64,000 nt of DNA, from contig NC_058382.1 of NCBI RefSeq assembly GCF_018350175.1, forward strand, positions 14,632,001-14,696,000, read 5' to 3'. Of the stretch, positions 26,801 to 47,723 are shown piece by piece. Each line of letters opens with the position of its first letter. Positions within the stretch are counted from its first letter, which is position 1. A program made the position numbers and the translations under genes. The stretch comes from Felis catus (taxonomy: Eukaryota). Under the pieces are notes generated by a model. It was not told the origin of the DNA, did no database searches, and was given only the letters and a program-made list of their open reading frames with translations.

Positions 26801-28448
26801 AACCATCCTCATGTGCCTTTTAGAGATGAGGATTCAGAGTGAATGAGTTCACATAAAGTGACTAATGCCTGAGCTATGCAGTTAGCACTCCATAAATTTC
26901 CACTTTTTTTGTTAGCTGATTGTTAAAACTTCCGATTCCTAGGCTCCTGCCCTGGAGGTTCTGATTCCATAGGTTGGGACTATTGGGGGATCTGTTAATT
27001 TGAACAATGCCCCGATGAGTCAGGCTCAGATACATTTGGGAAATGAGGATATGCTCACTGTATCTTTCCAATGATCTTACAAGGCAGGTACTGTTGTCCT
27101 CGTACAATTGAGAAAAGCCAGACTCCCAAGGGAGGTTATACACCAACTGGAAAAGTCAGGACTTGGAACTCAGCTAGGACACTGAAGCCGTAGGGAATTC
27201 CAGGAAAAAATAAATAAGACAATGTGCAAAAGCACAAGAGGTTTAGCATTCAATGAACAAAGCTAGTATTCCAAAGAAACTGCTTAACTTAGGCAGCTCG
27301 CTGGGCATGCCATTGCTGGGAGGGGGCAGAAGGATTCTAACATAAAAGTCTTTGTCTCTGACCTGAATTTCTTTTTTGGGGGGTGTGGGGGCACGCCGAG
27401 GCACTCTAGAGGCCCCAAACTAGAGCGAGGGGGTGAAGAGATCCAGTGTGTGTAGGTGGGCACAAGAATTGGAACATTCATGACGTTGGGGAGTGGTTGT
27501 CCAGAGAACTCAGATGTGGAACAGACTTCCAGAATCCCAAACACATTCATTCTGGTGTCCGCATGGACTGGTCTCTGAAATTCTGTAGTCCCAAGACCCA
27601 GTATGATCTAAGGAGGGATGGGATGGCGATAGAGAACGTTGGATGGTTGCCCTGCTGGATTAGATGGTTGGGTGAATGAGACGTAGGAGCGGCTGGAGGT
27701 GACACTGTGAAGGGACAGGTGGATGGAGAGGGCTGGTTGGAGAAAACAGGTGGGATAATGGAGGAATGGATTGGTGTTAGAAAGGATACTAGATGGGGTA
27801 GGGGTAGGGTGATGATGGATGAATAGGATAGAGACGGTTAAATAAAGCATGCTGTATGGATTGGGAGATGGACAGGCAGACGGGAGGAGAGAGCTGGGGA
27901 GACAACCGGATGGATAGACCCAGGGATAGCTGAGCAGAAGAGAGGACAGAACACATGAACTGGATAAATCGCGGAGGGAACGGACTTCTACGTCCGCCTG
28001 GGACAGAGCTGCTTAACTTGGCTTTCCTGGATGGCATCAAGCCGTCCATAAACTCTCTGAAACAGCACACACCAAACTCTCATGGGTGGTTGTCAGCAAC
28101 GCTCAAAGAAGTTTGAGATTCCCCCCGACCCCGTACTGAGCCACGGATTCGTGCTGTGTCAGACCTTCCCATTTGTTGTCTGGTCCTCCCCCCACTGCCT
28201 CCGGAATGGGAAAAGATACAGAACTTCAAAATAGGAATGAACAAAATATTAATGACAGCCCCTTCCCCCATCCCTGTTGAGTTAATCAAGGTAAGTAAGG
28301 AGAGCCATTTGCCAAAGCAGATCCCAGTTGCTGGAAAGCTGCGGCAATTTTTACACCTTTGTTCAGTGTCTGGACATCTGGGTGAAGTTCTGAGGGTCTG
28401 TGGCATCTGGTTGAAGTCCTTGCTTTTCAAGAAGTCTGATATCCTGGC

Positions 28449-37302
<8,854 letters not shown>

Positions 37303-37599
37303 GGCTGAGTGGCTCAGCGGCTTCTGCGGAAAGACCCCCTGCTCGGATATCAGGACCCCATCGGCTTCCCCGCCGCCCACGCTCACAGATTAGGCCAGAG
37401 AATTAGGAGTGTGATCTAAGTCCAGGAGGGACCGGAGAGTAAATAATGGGGCAGACAGAGGCATAGTGATAGAAAGAGGGGCACCGGGAGAGAGAACACA
37501 GAGAAAAAGATGGAAAGGTTGAGACAAAGAGGAGTGAAGCTAGGAGTCTGGTCTGTCTGGGGCCGGAGGCTCAGGGATCCTGGGAACGTTTGGGCTCTG

Positions 37600-39140
37600 G
37601 CTGGAGCCGAGGGCGAGGGGCAGGGCTGGGAAAAGCCGTGGGCGGGAGGCCGGGAGGTCCCTGGGGAGGGCGGAGGAGGCTGGGGGACCGGATGCCAGGG
37701 TCCTGCAGACGGCTCCCTCCCCCGCCCAGGGCTGCGAGTTGGGGCGCTGGCCCTGAGCCCTCGACCCACTCCCCTCTCCAGCCAGTCCCTCCGCGATCCG
37801 CTTACTGTCCCCACCGCCTCAGCGAGGGTCCCCAGCGCCTTCCCACACCCTTTCAGACCCAAACTCCCGCCGGCGCCTCCGCTCGCCCCCCGCCGGCACG
37901 CCCCCTCATTGTTCAGCGGCAGCGGCGCCGCCCCCTCCCCCAGCCCGTCGGGGCCCCTCGCCTCCCCCCTCACCTCCCAGGGAGTCTCCAGCCCCGAGCC
38001 GAGGCTGCCGGATTCCTATTCAACCCTAGCACGGTCCCCGGGGAGACGCAAAGCCGGACTCCTGGGTCTCTGCAAGTCAGGGGCGTGAACTTCGGGCTCT
38101 CAGCCTCCAGGAACCAGAATCCGAGGTCTCTCGGAGAGTGGGATGCAGCGGTCCGAATTTCCTGGTCCTCTCAATGGGGGATGCTGGGAGTCTCGACTCT
38201 TGGGTCTCAGATGGGGTGCTGGGGACCCAAGTTCCTGAGTCTTCTAGATAGGGCCGTGGGGCGACCGGATTCCTGAGTTCCCCTAACTCTAGGAGCAGGG
38301 ATTAAACCATCTCCAGGCGGGAGCGCAGGGGAGTCCCCAGTTCCTGGGTCCCCTGGAAGGAGTGGGGGTTTCAGCACCAAACAGACTGGCCGGGGTGCTG
38401 GGAGTCCGTTTGCCAAGTTCGGATGCTGGGCTCGGATATCTGGGAACCGTTGGAGGTAATCACCGATCTGGGATCCTAAGTTCTTTAAAACGGGGTGCAG
38501 AAAGCTCGGCCTCCAGGAACGCGCGGGGCTGACGTCCCGGACTCCCGGCTCCTCCAGGAGGGGGCGCTGGGCACCTGGATATCTGGGGTCCTTTAGCCTG
38601 GACGCGGGGTCCCGGGCTTCGGGGTCTCTCAGGGAGCGGTGCACAGACTCGCGACGCCAGAGTCCACGACTTTGGACCCTTCGGGTTCTGGGATGAGTAC
38701 CACGGGGCTCCGGCGGCGGCAGCGCCACATCTGTGGCGGGAGAGTCCGGTCCCAGCTGTGAGGCGGGGGGCGGTCGCCTAGGGCTTCCCCTCCCCCCCGA
38801 GCCGCCCCGGCGCACATCCTGTTCCCGCCCGCGGGGGGGAGGGGCTGCCTTCCGGCCAGCCAGTCGGTAAAGGGTTAAGACCCCTCCCCCCCTGATTCTG
38901 AATATTCATAAGAAGGCGAGTCCCAGAAAGGCTACACCCCCACATTCCAAAAGCTTCTGACTTTTCCCTTTTACAGCAAGGGCCTTCAGGGCGTGAGAAT
39001 CCGGAACTGGTAACGCGCTTTCTCCCATTGGTCAACCGAACAATTATTATTTGCATATGCAGTAAAGGCGGAGCTGTCCAGCGGGGAGGGTCACGTGTCC
39101 AAAAGCGACTGAAGGACCTCGCGGCGCGAGGGTGCGGCCG
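37600..39140. promoter_or_regulatory. PLEKHG2 CpG island/promoter abutting the tRNA gene
   Basis: CpG-rich; reverse CCAAT (ATTGG 39027-39031), octamer ATTTGCAT 39049-39056, E-box GTCACGTG 39090-39097. Confidence 0.6.
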
Positions 39141-39142
39141 GA

Positions 39143-39235
39143 GCTCCAGTGGCGCAATCGGTTAGCGCGCGGTACTTATACGACAGTGCGAGCGGAGCGA
39201 TGCCGAGGTTGTGAGTTCGATCCTCACCTGGAGCA
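39143..39235 (+). tRNA. tRNA-Ile(TAT) with 19-nt intron (39181-39199)
   Basis: Acceptor stem GCTCCAG/CTGGAGC+A; A box TGGCGCAATCGG; anticodon stem CGGTA/TGCCG with CT-TAT-A (anticodon 39177-39179); intron one base 3' of the anticodon; B box AGTTCGATCC; Pol III terminator T7 at 39238-39244. Confidence 0.97.
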
Positions 39236-39416
39236 CCTTTTTTTCTGTTACCAGCATTTTACAAATGTACACGTCTTGTAAGTGAACTAAAACATCTACA
39301 TCACCACTGAGGGGAGCGAGCATTCGATCTTCGGAGTTTTTGGGTTAGAAAGACTCCTGGAACTAAGGCAGCTGCCCGGGAGTGTTCTGTACTGTGGGGA
39401 GGCGCCCTTTCCATCC

Positions 39417-39435
39417 TGGCCGCCAGAGGGTGGTA
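39417..39435 (+). promoter_or_regulatory. Candidate CTCF site
   Basis: TGGCCGCCAGAGGGTGGTA is close to the CTCF consensus TGGCCACCAGGGGGCGCTA. Confidence 0.55.
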
Positions 39436-39759
39436 TCGCCTCTTATATGCCTGCGAATTCAATTGGGTCTGCAAATCTCAGTTTAAGATTTCTGTGTATG
39501 TGTCGGGTTCTCCGCAAACTGTCCAAGGCATTGCTTTTTTTTCTCCATCTTCTCCCTCTCTCCCTCTTTTTTTTCCAGTTTCATTGAGATATAATTGCCA
39601 TATAACATTGTATTAGTCCAAAGTGTACATGATTCGATACATGTATAAATTGAGAAAAAGTTTAGTTGACATCAGTCACGTCACATATTTTTTTTCTCCT
39701 GTGTCTTGGATTTTTCACTTTCCCTTTTCCTCCCTCTTTCTGAGTTGGTTTGTTCCTTT

Positions 39760-40490
39760 CAACAAATACTAAACGTGCACTATGTGACTGACTCCTGTTT
39801 AGGGTTTAGGTGTGAGTGATAGAGCAGTGAACAAGACAAAGTCCCTGCCGTTGAGGATTTGACATTCTTAGCTGGAGAGACAAGTTTCTATAAACATGAA
39901 AACTAAGTATATTTTATATGTTAGGTGGTGGTGAATGTCGTGGAGAAAGTAGAGCAAATGAGAAAGAGGATGAGGTGTTGGAGGTTCGGTGTGGGCTGCA
40001 GTAATAGTAGTCAAACACCATCTCACTCAGAAGGCATTTGAGCAGGAACCTAATGGAGGGGAGTAAGCCATAGGGATAACTGGGGAATATTTCAGGTAGC
40101 TATAGTAGCCTGTGCAAAGGCCCTGTGGCTGAAGCAGGTCAGGTATAATGGTGGAGCAGCTAGGAAGCCAGTGTGACTAGAGCAAGAGCAGCCAAAGGTA
40201 AGGCCACGTAGGCTGGTGAGGTCTTAGGACTTTGCCTTTTATGTGATGGGACTCTGACTCAGGTGTCAGGACAAGTTCCCTGTGGTTGTTTTGTTGGGGA
40301 GTGGGGAGAGACTGAGGGCAGGTCCTGGGCCAGGAAAGCAGGAAGGGACTGCTATGAAGGTTCAGGTGGGAGATGATGCTGGATAGGACCACGGTGGGGG
40401 CCACAGGAGGAGACAGGTAGATATATTTAGAAGGTGAATCAGACAGAATTGCTGTTGGACTGGGGTGTGAGTTTGACAACAAAGAGTCAA
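39760..40490 (-). mobile_element. Ancient L2-like fragments
   Basis: Degenerate L2 3' motifs (TTCAACAAATAC, AGCAGTGAACAAGACAAAGTCCCTGCC, TGCAAAGGCCCTG). Confidence 0.55.
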
Positions 40491-42179
40491 GGGGAGGTAG
40501 CTGCTGGTAGGGACCATTTTCTCAAATGAGGTTCGCTTTTGTTTTTACCAGCAGAGGCTGTTTTTGCTAAGGCAGGGGCCAGAGATGTCAGTTTCTTGTA
40601 CCTCAAGTGTCTGTAAATGTCTCCTCATGGCTTGTTCTTGCTCTCTGCCTCCCCACTGTCTTTGGGTCTCCGCATTTCTATATATTTTTTTCCAACCCTC
40701 TTCTAAATTTGGGGATCTGAGCCCTTTCCCAAAACTGAGGCGGGGGGGGGGGCAGCTTCCTGGAAGAGGAGATCAATGGTCAGGGCCTGCTCGGTGTGCA
40801 AGGAGAGCGAGCCAAAGAGGAGGGCAAGAGGAGGGGAGGGGAGAAGGCAGAGGAGGGGAAGCGTCTGGAGAGGGAGAACCCCGACAGGAGACAGCAGAGG
40901 GGTGGGGAGGATAGGTGGAACCGAGGCGACAAGGAGTGAGAGGCAGGGGGGGAAAGGGTGGAGAGGGCAGGAAGAGGGGAGAAGGGAGAGGAAGAGAACT
41001 GAAGGAAAGAGAAAAGGGGGTAAAGGGACAGGGGGGTGGGGGCTGGAAGGGGAACACAATAAAAAGGGGAGAGGAAGAGTCGGAGAGGGTGAGGGGGGAA
41101 GGGTGGCGCAGGAGGGTAAGGGAGGAGGAACTGACGGGGGGAGGGCGGGAGAGGAGAGGGAAGTGGGGATGGGGAGAGGAAAGCGGGGGGGGGGGGATGG
41201 GGTAGGGGGGGCGGAGGCGGCGGCGGAAGGGGGGCGGGGCGCCGGCGCTGACGCGGGGCGGCTTCCGGGCTCGGGGCGGCCGGCTCCCCCGCCCCAGGGT
41301 GGTTCCCGCCGCCTGTTGCCTTGTATGGTCCGAGGACGCCGCTGTCCTCGGGGCCCCGCCCGACGCGGCCGCGACCCACACTCTTGGCCCGGCGAGCCCG
41401 ACCCCCGGCTCGGCCCCGCCTGGAGCGCGGAACCTCGAGCTTCCGAGGACCCCCAAATGCCGAGATCCCGCAATGCCGAACTTTTCGGGCCCCGTCGGGC
41501 CAAGACTCTGCAATTCCGAGGACCTGGGGGCCCGGAAAGCCAGAATGCTGCATTCTGGGATCCCGGAAAGTTTTCTGAGACACCCAAGGGCCTCGAATTC
41601 TAAGTCGCCCAGACTACCTCTGAAATTCTGGAATCCTGAGGCTTTCAAGCTGCCTCCCCCAGGGGGTTCCGAAAGCCTGAGTCCCCCAGGCTCTCACGTC
41701 CTGGAACGCCGGGTAGTGGGATCCCAGGACGCCCCGACTTTCGGGACGCCCCCTCCCCCACTCGCCGCGCCCGGCCGCCCCCGTCCGCCCTGGGCTCGCG
41801 CCCCGGCACATTCCGTCCTCTCCGCCCCGCCCCGCCCTCCTCCCTCGGCCCCGTGGGGACGGAAACATGCCGTCCCCGCCCGCGCCCGGCCGAGAGCTGG
41901 GTCGAGGAGCCCGGCTAGACGGGAACGCCTGCACCCCCGCGCCCCGGGAACTGGCTCTCCGAGTTCTTGAGGTGACCTCACCTGGCCCCGCCCTCTCAGG
42001 TGGACGGCCGGGCCAGGTGACGTCACTTCCTGCCAGGTAAGCGCCGCTGGCTGCTCAGTCGGCCGGGGTTTCGGTTGACCCTGTCTATCCCTAAAAAAGG
42101 TGCCCCGCCACCCTCCCCGCCCCTCTTACTGCTTCGAGACCGCACAAAATCCAGGATTCAAGTTTACACACAGATTCCT

Positions 42180-42185
42180 TTTATT
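42180..42185 (-). terminator. ZFP36 polyadenylation signal AATAAA
   Basis: TTTATT on the plus strand at the end of the AT-rich 3'UTR. Confidence 0.8.
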
Positions 42186-42329
42186 TAAAAATTCCAAAAA
42201 ACACAAAAATAAACTTTTAACAATATATATTACTTAATATATTATTATAGTATACTTATAACAATAATTATTCCATCTTTTCCAATATTACAAAAATGAA
42301 GAAGAAAAACACAAGGGAAGCAGACGACC

Positions 42330-42387
42330 CAATATATATAAATACTATAAAATCTATTAGAATAAATAAAGTCGTCATAAATAAAGG
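42330..42387 (-). promoter_or_regulatory. AU-rich elements in the ZFP36 3'UTR
   Basis: Minus strand reads TTTATTTATGACGACTTTATTTATT...GTATTTATAT, giving three UAUUUAU cores. Confidence 0.85.
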
Positions 42388-42875
42388 GCCCAATGGCTGG
42401 GGGGATGGGGCAGGGTGGGTGTTTGGCAATGGCTTTGGCTACTTGCTTTTGGAGGGAAATTTTGAGCACCAGGATTCCCCCTCAGGGGGAGGCTCCAGTC
42501 GCCACCAGACACTGGAACCTCAGGGTCTAGGAGAAATGGGGAGGGGGGAGCAGTAGGAGCCTATTATTCACAGCATTGGGAAAGAGGGGCGGGTAGAGGG
42601 CTCACTGCCTTCCTCAAATCTGCTACATTTTTTTTTTTTTACAGGACCCAGAAAACACTCCTGCCCCCAACACCATGAACACCGAGCTTGCACACTGGGG
42701 ACCCGCCCCAGCGTGGGGTCAGGGGAGTGGGTTAATGCACTTTGGAAGTTGGGGGGGGGGAGGCTACTTGACTGAGTCCCCCAGTTCCCCACAGCCCCAG
42801 GGCCCCTGTGGAGCCCACAGCAAAACAGAAATGGCCCCCTTGAGATCCAGCTGATCTGTACCGGGCAGGCACTTA

Positions 42876-44684
42876 TCACTCAGAAACAGAGATTCGATTG
42901 AAGATGGGGAGGCGCCGGGGGGCTGCAGGTGGCTGAGGTGGCCCAAAAACCCCAGCCTCGAAGACGGGGGAGTCGGATCCCCCCAGGCTGCTGCCACTGC
43001 TGGCATATTCATCAGGATCAGATCCCAGGGAGTGTGCAGAGGGGCTCCGAGCCAGGCCACCCAAGGGCCCCCAGACGCTACCCGGCGTAGCCCTTCGGCA
43101 GGAGGGGCAACAGGCTGGGGTGGGGTCTCTTCGGGCCACAGGGGTCCCAGGGGCAGCAGAGAAAGCAGAGGGTGAAAGCGGAAGGTCCCCAGGTGGTGGC
43201 GGTGGGGAGCTGGAGGGAGAGAAGGAGCATGAGGACAGGGAGGGGCCTGCCAGGCCGGCTGGTGGCGGTGATGGTCTGCGGCCGGAGGGCAGGCCTGAGA
43301 AGCTGATGCTCTGGCGAAGCACATGGGGGTGGCCTGGGACAGCCAGATCCTCGCTGGGGTTGTGGATGAAGTGGCAGCGTGAGCCGTAGGGGCAGCGGCC
43401 CTGGAGGTAGAACTTGTGGCAGAGTTCTGTCTTGTACTTGGGGTGGCGACTGGCCTGGCGCAGCTCGCCCAGTCCGTGGGCAAACTGGCACTTAGCCCCG
43501 TAGCGGCAGCGCCCGCTCTCTGAGAAGGTCCGACATAGCTCAGTCTTGTAGCGGGATGAGGTGGTGGGGGTCGCAGTGGGTGAGGTGGGCGAGGGTGACA
43601 GTTCAGGGCCTGGGCGGGGCGCCAGGGGTGCGAAGCCTGGGGGTGGCGGGACCCAGCCACAGCTTCGACCCTCCACCAGGCTGGTGGAGCGGCCAGGCGG
43701 ACGGGCACCGACCCCAGCCGGGCTGTTGTCGGAAGAGCTGAGGCTCCAGAGCCCGGAGGAGGCCCAGCCTGGGCTGGACTCAGTCTCTCCGTGGTCAGAT
43801 GGCAGGTCAGGGCTCAGCGACAGGAGGCTCTGTGGGAACAGGGACCGGTTAAGACACCGAAAATGCTGGGTGACGCCCCACCACAGCTGCAGGGCACCTA
43901 AGAGCTTGCCAGTCCGGTTTGTGGGCTCCCGGCCCGAGCCCCACCTGCCCACGTTAAAACATGGGCTCCCGATTTGGAGGTTCTGCGTTTAATCGCGACG
44001 GAAGCCCCTGCCGAGGCACCCAGGCACTCCGGCTCCCCCCGCTGGATCAAGAGGAGACCCCAGCCTTCCCGAAGAGGACAGGCACGCCACTGTCCTCTCA
44101 GTTTTGAGCCTCTGGGCCTCTCGGGATCTGACCCCCGCGCCTCGGGTTCTCCAGTTTCACAACTGGAGGAGCAGGCAAACTTCACCCAGGCAGGGGCCGG
44201 GATCTCGTCGCTTTTCGAGTTCCCAGAGTTCCCCGCTGGGTCAAGGGGTGGAGAGACAGAGAAGTCGGCTTCCCCTCACCCCGAGACTCCAGCCCCAGAA
44301 ACGCCTCCGCGCAAAACCGCGCCCTCAGCAACTACTAAGGGGGTAAAACCAGGTGTGGGGCCATTTCCGCCTCCAGACAGCCCTAGTCTGAGAAAAGTCT
44401 TCCACTTTTCCACCTCCAAGGGCCACCCCACCAATGTCTGGGCCGAGACCCGAAAGTCGCAGGCTCCATTTCACCTCTAGAGGATCGCACAGGTCGGAGA
44501 AGGGAGGCAGGGCCCCCGGGCTGGAGTGTGAGGCTCTAAGGAGCTCCAGTTTGAGAAAGGAGCCGGAGGTCCCGGGCCAGAGTTTTCGGCGCTGGGAGCC
44601 CTAGCTTAAGAAGGGGGTCAGGCATGCGGACACCGGGGGTGCCGGTCGGCAGGGGCTCACCTCGTAGATGGCGGCGAGATCCAT
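42876..44684 (-). CDS. ZFP36: Tristetraprolin (CCCH tandem zinc-finger ARE-binding protein), 325 aa
   Basis: Exon 1 44684-44661 (MDLAAIYE), exon 2 43829-42876. Two YKTEL-C-x8-C-x5-C-x3-H fingers, PPPPG motifs and the C-terminal CNOT1-binding [13 protein letters not shown]. Confidence 0.98.
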
Positions 44685-44770
44685 GGCGGCGCGAACGGCC
44701 GATGGGCTGAGAAGTCGGCCAAAAGTGGGAGCGCTGAAGTCAGGCTGCGGTTGGCTGCTGGAGCCGGTGT

Positions 44771-44960
44771 TTTTATAGAGACGAAGTGAGGAGGCGGGGC
44801 CAGTGGGGCCCGCCCGGGTGGGTGGGGCCAGGAGGGGCGCTTCCCGGACGCGCGCCCCCAGCAAGGCCCGCCCGGCACCCCGCCGGGACGCGCGGGGAGG
44901 CGGGCCCACGACCGGGCGGGGAGTGCCCACGGTGGGGGGCGGGGGGAGGGGTGTCGGCCC
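44771..44960 (-). promoter_or_regulatory. ZFP36 proximal promoter with TATA box
   Basis: TATAAAA (minus) at 44771-44777, about 90 nt upstream of the ATG; several GC boxes (GGGCGG) and an ETS-like CTTCCCG. Confidence 0.8.
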
Positions 44961-47721
44961 AGTTTTCAAGGCTGGAGACTGAGGCGCGGAGAATCGAACT
45001 GAGCCGTGGTGGGGGCAGGGCTCCTGGGGGAATTGACCTGGGCAGGGGCCAAGAGGGCGTGCGCGGGAGAGACGGCCGGGGGGGGGGGGGGGGGGGGGGG
45101 GGCGGAGAGAGACGCAGAGCGAGAAAGAGACAGAAATGGAGAGACCCGGAGAGAAAAACATAGAGACAGGGAGGGAGAGACACACACTGGGAGACGTACA
45201 CTGACAGGGTGAGACAGGGCAGGGAGAGGAGGATAAGTTGGGAGACAGCAAAGACATGGTAGAGCGTCCCAAAGAGACAAACTTAAGGAGACAAGCCAGA
45301 GGGAGGGTCACAAGAAATAGAAAAAGAGGGAGAAAAACAAGCAGAAACAAACACCTACATACAGAAATCCGTAGGGAACGGAGAGGGGACCAACAGGCCA
45401 GGTGGGGGATTCTGAGACCTGCCCGCCTGGTTCGGTCTCCCTCCCAAACAGCCCAGATTCAGCGAGCTTGATCGCCGTCCCCTCCACCCCCACTCGCGGG
45501 GGCGAGGGTCCCGGATACCTGGCGAGGCAGGAAAGGAGCCTCTCCTGCTCACGCAGAGCACGGCACTTCCGATCGTTTCCTCTGGGCTAAGCACCGTTCT
45601 ATGAAAGTGCTTTACGGACGGCAACTCAAGGAGGTTATACACCCGTTTTGCACACGAGGAAACCCAGGCACAGAGAGGCCAAGTTACTGTCCCAAGTGCG
45701 TGTTAGTAAGTGGCAACAGTCTAACATCAGGGTCTGGAGTTATGTAAAGAGTGTGCCGCCTGAGAAGCCTCCAGATTGGAAAGGATGAGTGTGCCTTGAG
45801 AGCATTCTTAATTTGCGAGGATTCCTCCCCACATTGGCAAGTGTTTGATGGTCAGGAGGGTGCCCTGAGTGACAATCTGTTAAGACCTGGGAAGAAAACT
45901 TATTCTTAAAGGGGGTCTTGGTGAGCTGGCCGCCCTGAGTGAAAACAAGGGGGTAGAAATCATAGCCATAGCGTGCAGTCGTGAGGGTGGCAAACTCAGT
46001 GTTGCAGGCTGTGGCCGCGGGCTTGTGTTGAGGTGGGAAGAGTCTGCCAGGCACACCGACTTGCCTCGTCGGACCCAGCTCGGGGGAATCCCTGGTGCGG
46101 CGCTTTCTGGGGCTGAGGGGCCTTCCCGGCCGGTCCCGTGAGCTGGGCGGCTGCGGGCGGCTTTGGCACGGTTGCAGCCTCCCGCTTGCCCGTGACTCAC
46201 TCGCAAGGGGCGGGGGAGGGGGGCTTCCTGGAAGCCGTGACGAGGAGGCTCGACCCGGACGCCCGGGTTCCTCTCTCGTAACCAGGGCTTCTGTCGCCTG
46301 TAAACACAGCCTGGAGGACAACGGGGAAAAGGGAAAGGGGAGGTGCCTGGCACCCACCTCCCCGCTGGGCTCCAAATCCCAGTGCCGCTAGTAGGACGGA
46401 GGCGGCGGGAAAACGGGAGGTGGGGGATACCCTGGGGTCCCCGGAGTCTGGCTCGGCTCTGGCCGCGATCCTGGAGGAGTTTCGATTCCCTGGAGACAGG
46501 GAGCATTTCCCATCCCTGAGTCAGACGGACCCCCCCTCCGCTCCCCTATCTGCTGAGTCATCGGCCCCGAGAGCCAGGACGCTAGGGATTGGAAGACGCT
46601 CAAAGAGGCTGGAGAGGGGGCTTTGCGCGGGGAAGGGCCGACCATCCACCGAAAAAACGGACGGGTGGGAGCCAAGGGCTCGGGCCTCGGCCCCTCCTTT
46701 TTCAGATTTAGGGGTCCGGGTCTCCGAACCACCTCTTCGCTCAGATCCAGACCAGGTCCCCCAGGCCCTCCTACAACAGACCCACAAGTTCGGGCGCCTA
46801 GCCCTCCGTTCTCTCAAGCCTGAGTCTGAGCCCCCAGCCCCTCCTTCCTCCGATTTGGGAGTCTGGCTCCCATCCCCCTTTCCACCCCGTCCAGGCCCCA
46901 GTCGCCCCAGATGCCCCAGCCCGGGAGGAAGTTCAGGGCAGGCCTCCTCCCCGCTCCCCACGTAGCCAACGGGAAAACCCGTGGCCCCAGCGGCGGCCGG
47001 GAATCCCCTCTGGAATGACGGTGGGGAAGGGGATGGCCGGGGTCCCCCGCGGGGTGCAGGGGGGCAGGTCCTGGGCGGGCAGAGGGAGGAGGGAAGGGGC
47101 GGAAACCAGCGAGGCTAAAAATACGGCGAGCACTTCCGGCCTAGGGGGAGGGGAACGGAGAGCAGAGTTTCCAGAAAAACAAGCGGGGACGGGAAACGCG
47201 GGGGTGTGAGAGCCGGTGCGAGTGCGCGGGCGAGCAGGGGTGCGTGTACCCGCGGCACGTGTGCGCGCCTGGTGTGACTGGGCGTGAGCGGGGCGGCCGT
47301 GCGTGCAAGTGCGCGGGCCAGCGGGTGGGCGGACCGTGGCCGTCGCAGCGTGACGGTGTGTGCACTGCGGGCGCGAACGTGCGTTCCCTGATGTGCCCGG
47401 GGACGCAATTAGAAGTAGGTGTGGGACACGAGAGTGTGCGCCCCGTTTCCTATGTGAGGGCTGTGTACTTACGGCCCCGCCTGCCACGGCTGTGTGTATA
47501 AAGGTGCGAAACCACCCGTGCCTTTGTGGTCGACGACGCGGTTGACTTTAACGGCCTCTGGCTCTAGGGAGTGTGTACTACGCTGTGGCCGTCCTCGAGG
47601 TGTATTCGCAAGAACGTGTGACCCACACACCCACCTGCACATCTGTATGTCGTCACTCTGAACCACAGCGGGGTCTGGAGTCACCAAGGGTGTGTAACTC
47701 CTTGAGGAGTGCACTTGAAAG

Positions 47722-47723
<2 letters not shown>

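Noticed and set aside
27600-27960. GGATG/GGA-rich stretch downstream of the PLEKHG2 stop codon
   Set aside because: Degenerate simple repeat with no coherent unit or ORF.
37416-38815. Long overlapping ORFs upstream of the PLEKHG2 start codon
   Set aside because: CpG-island artefacts with no recognisable protein.
40703-41970. Several 220-294 aa ORFs on both strands
   Set aside because: Pro/Gly/Arg low-complexity translations of a stop-poor GC-rich and purine-skewed region; no domain or credible gene structure.
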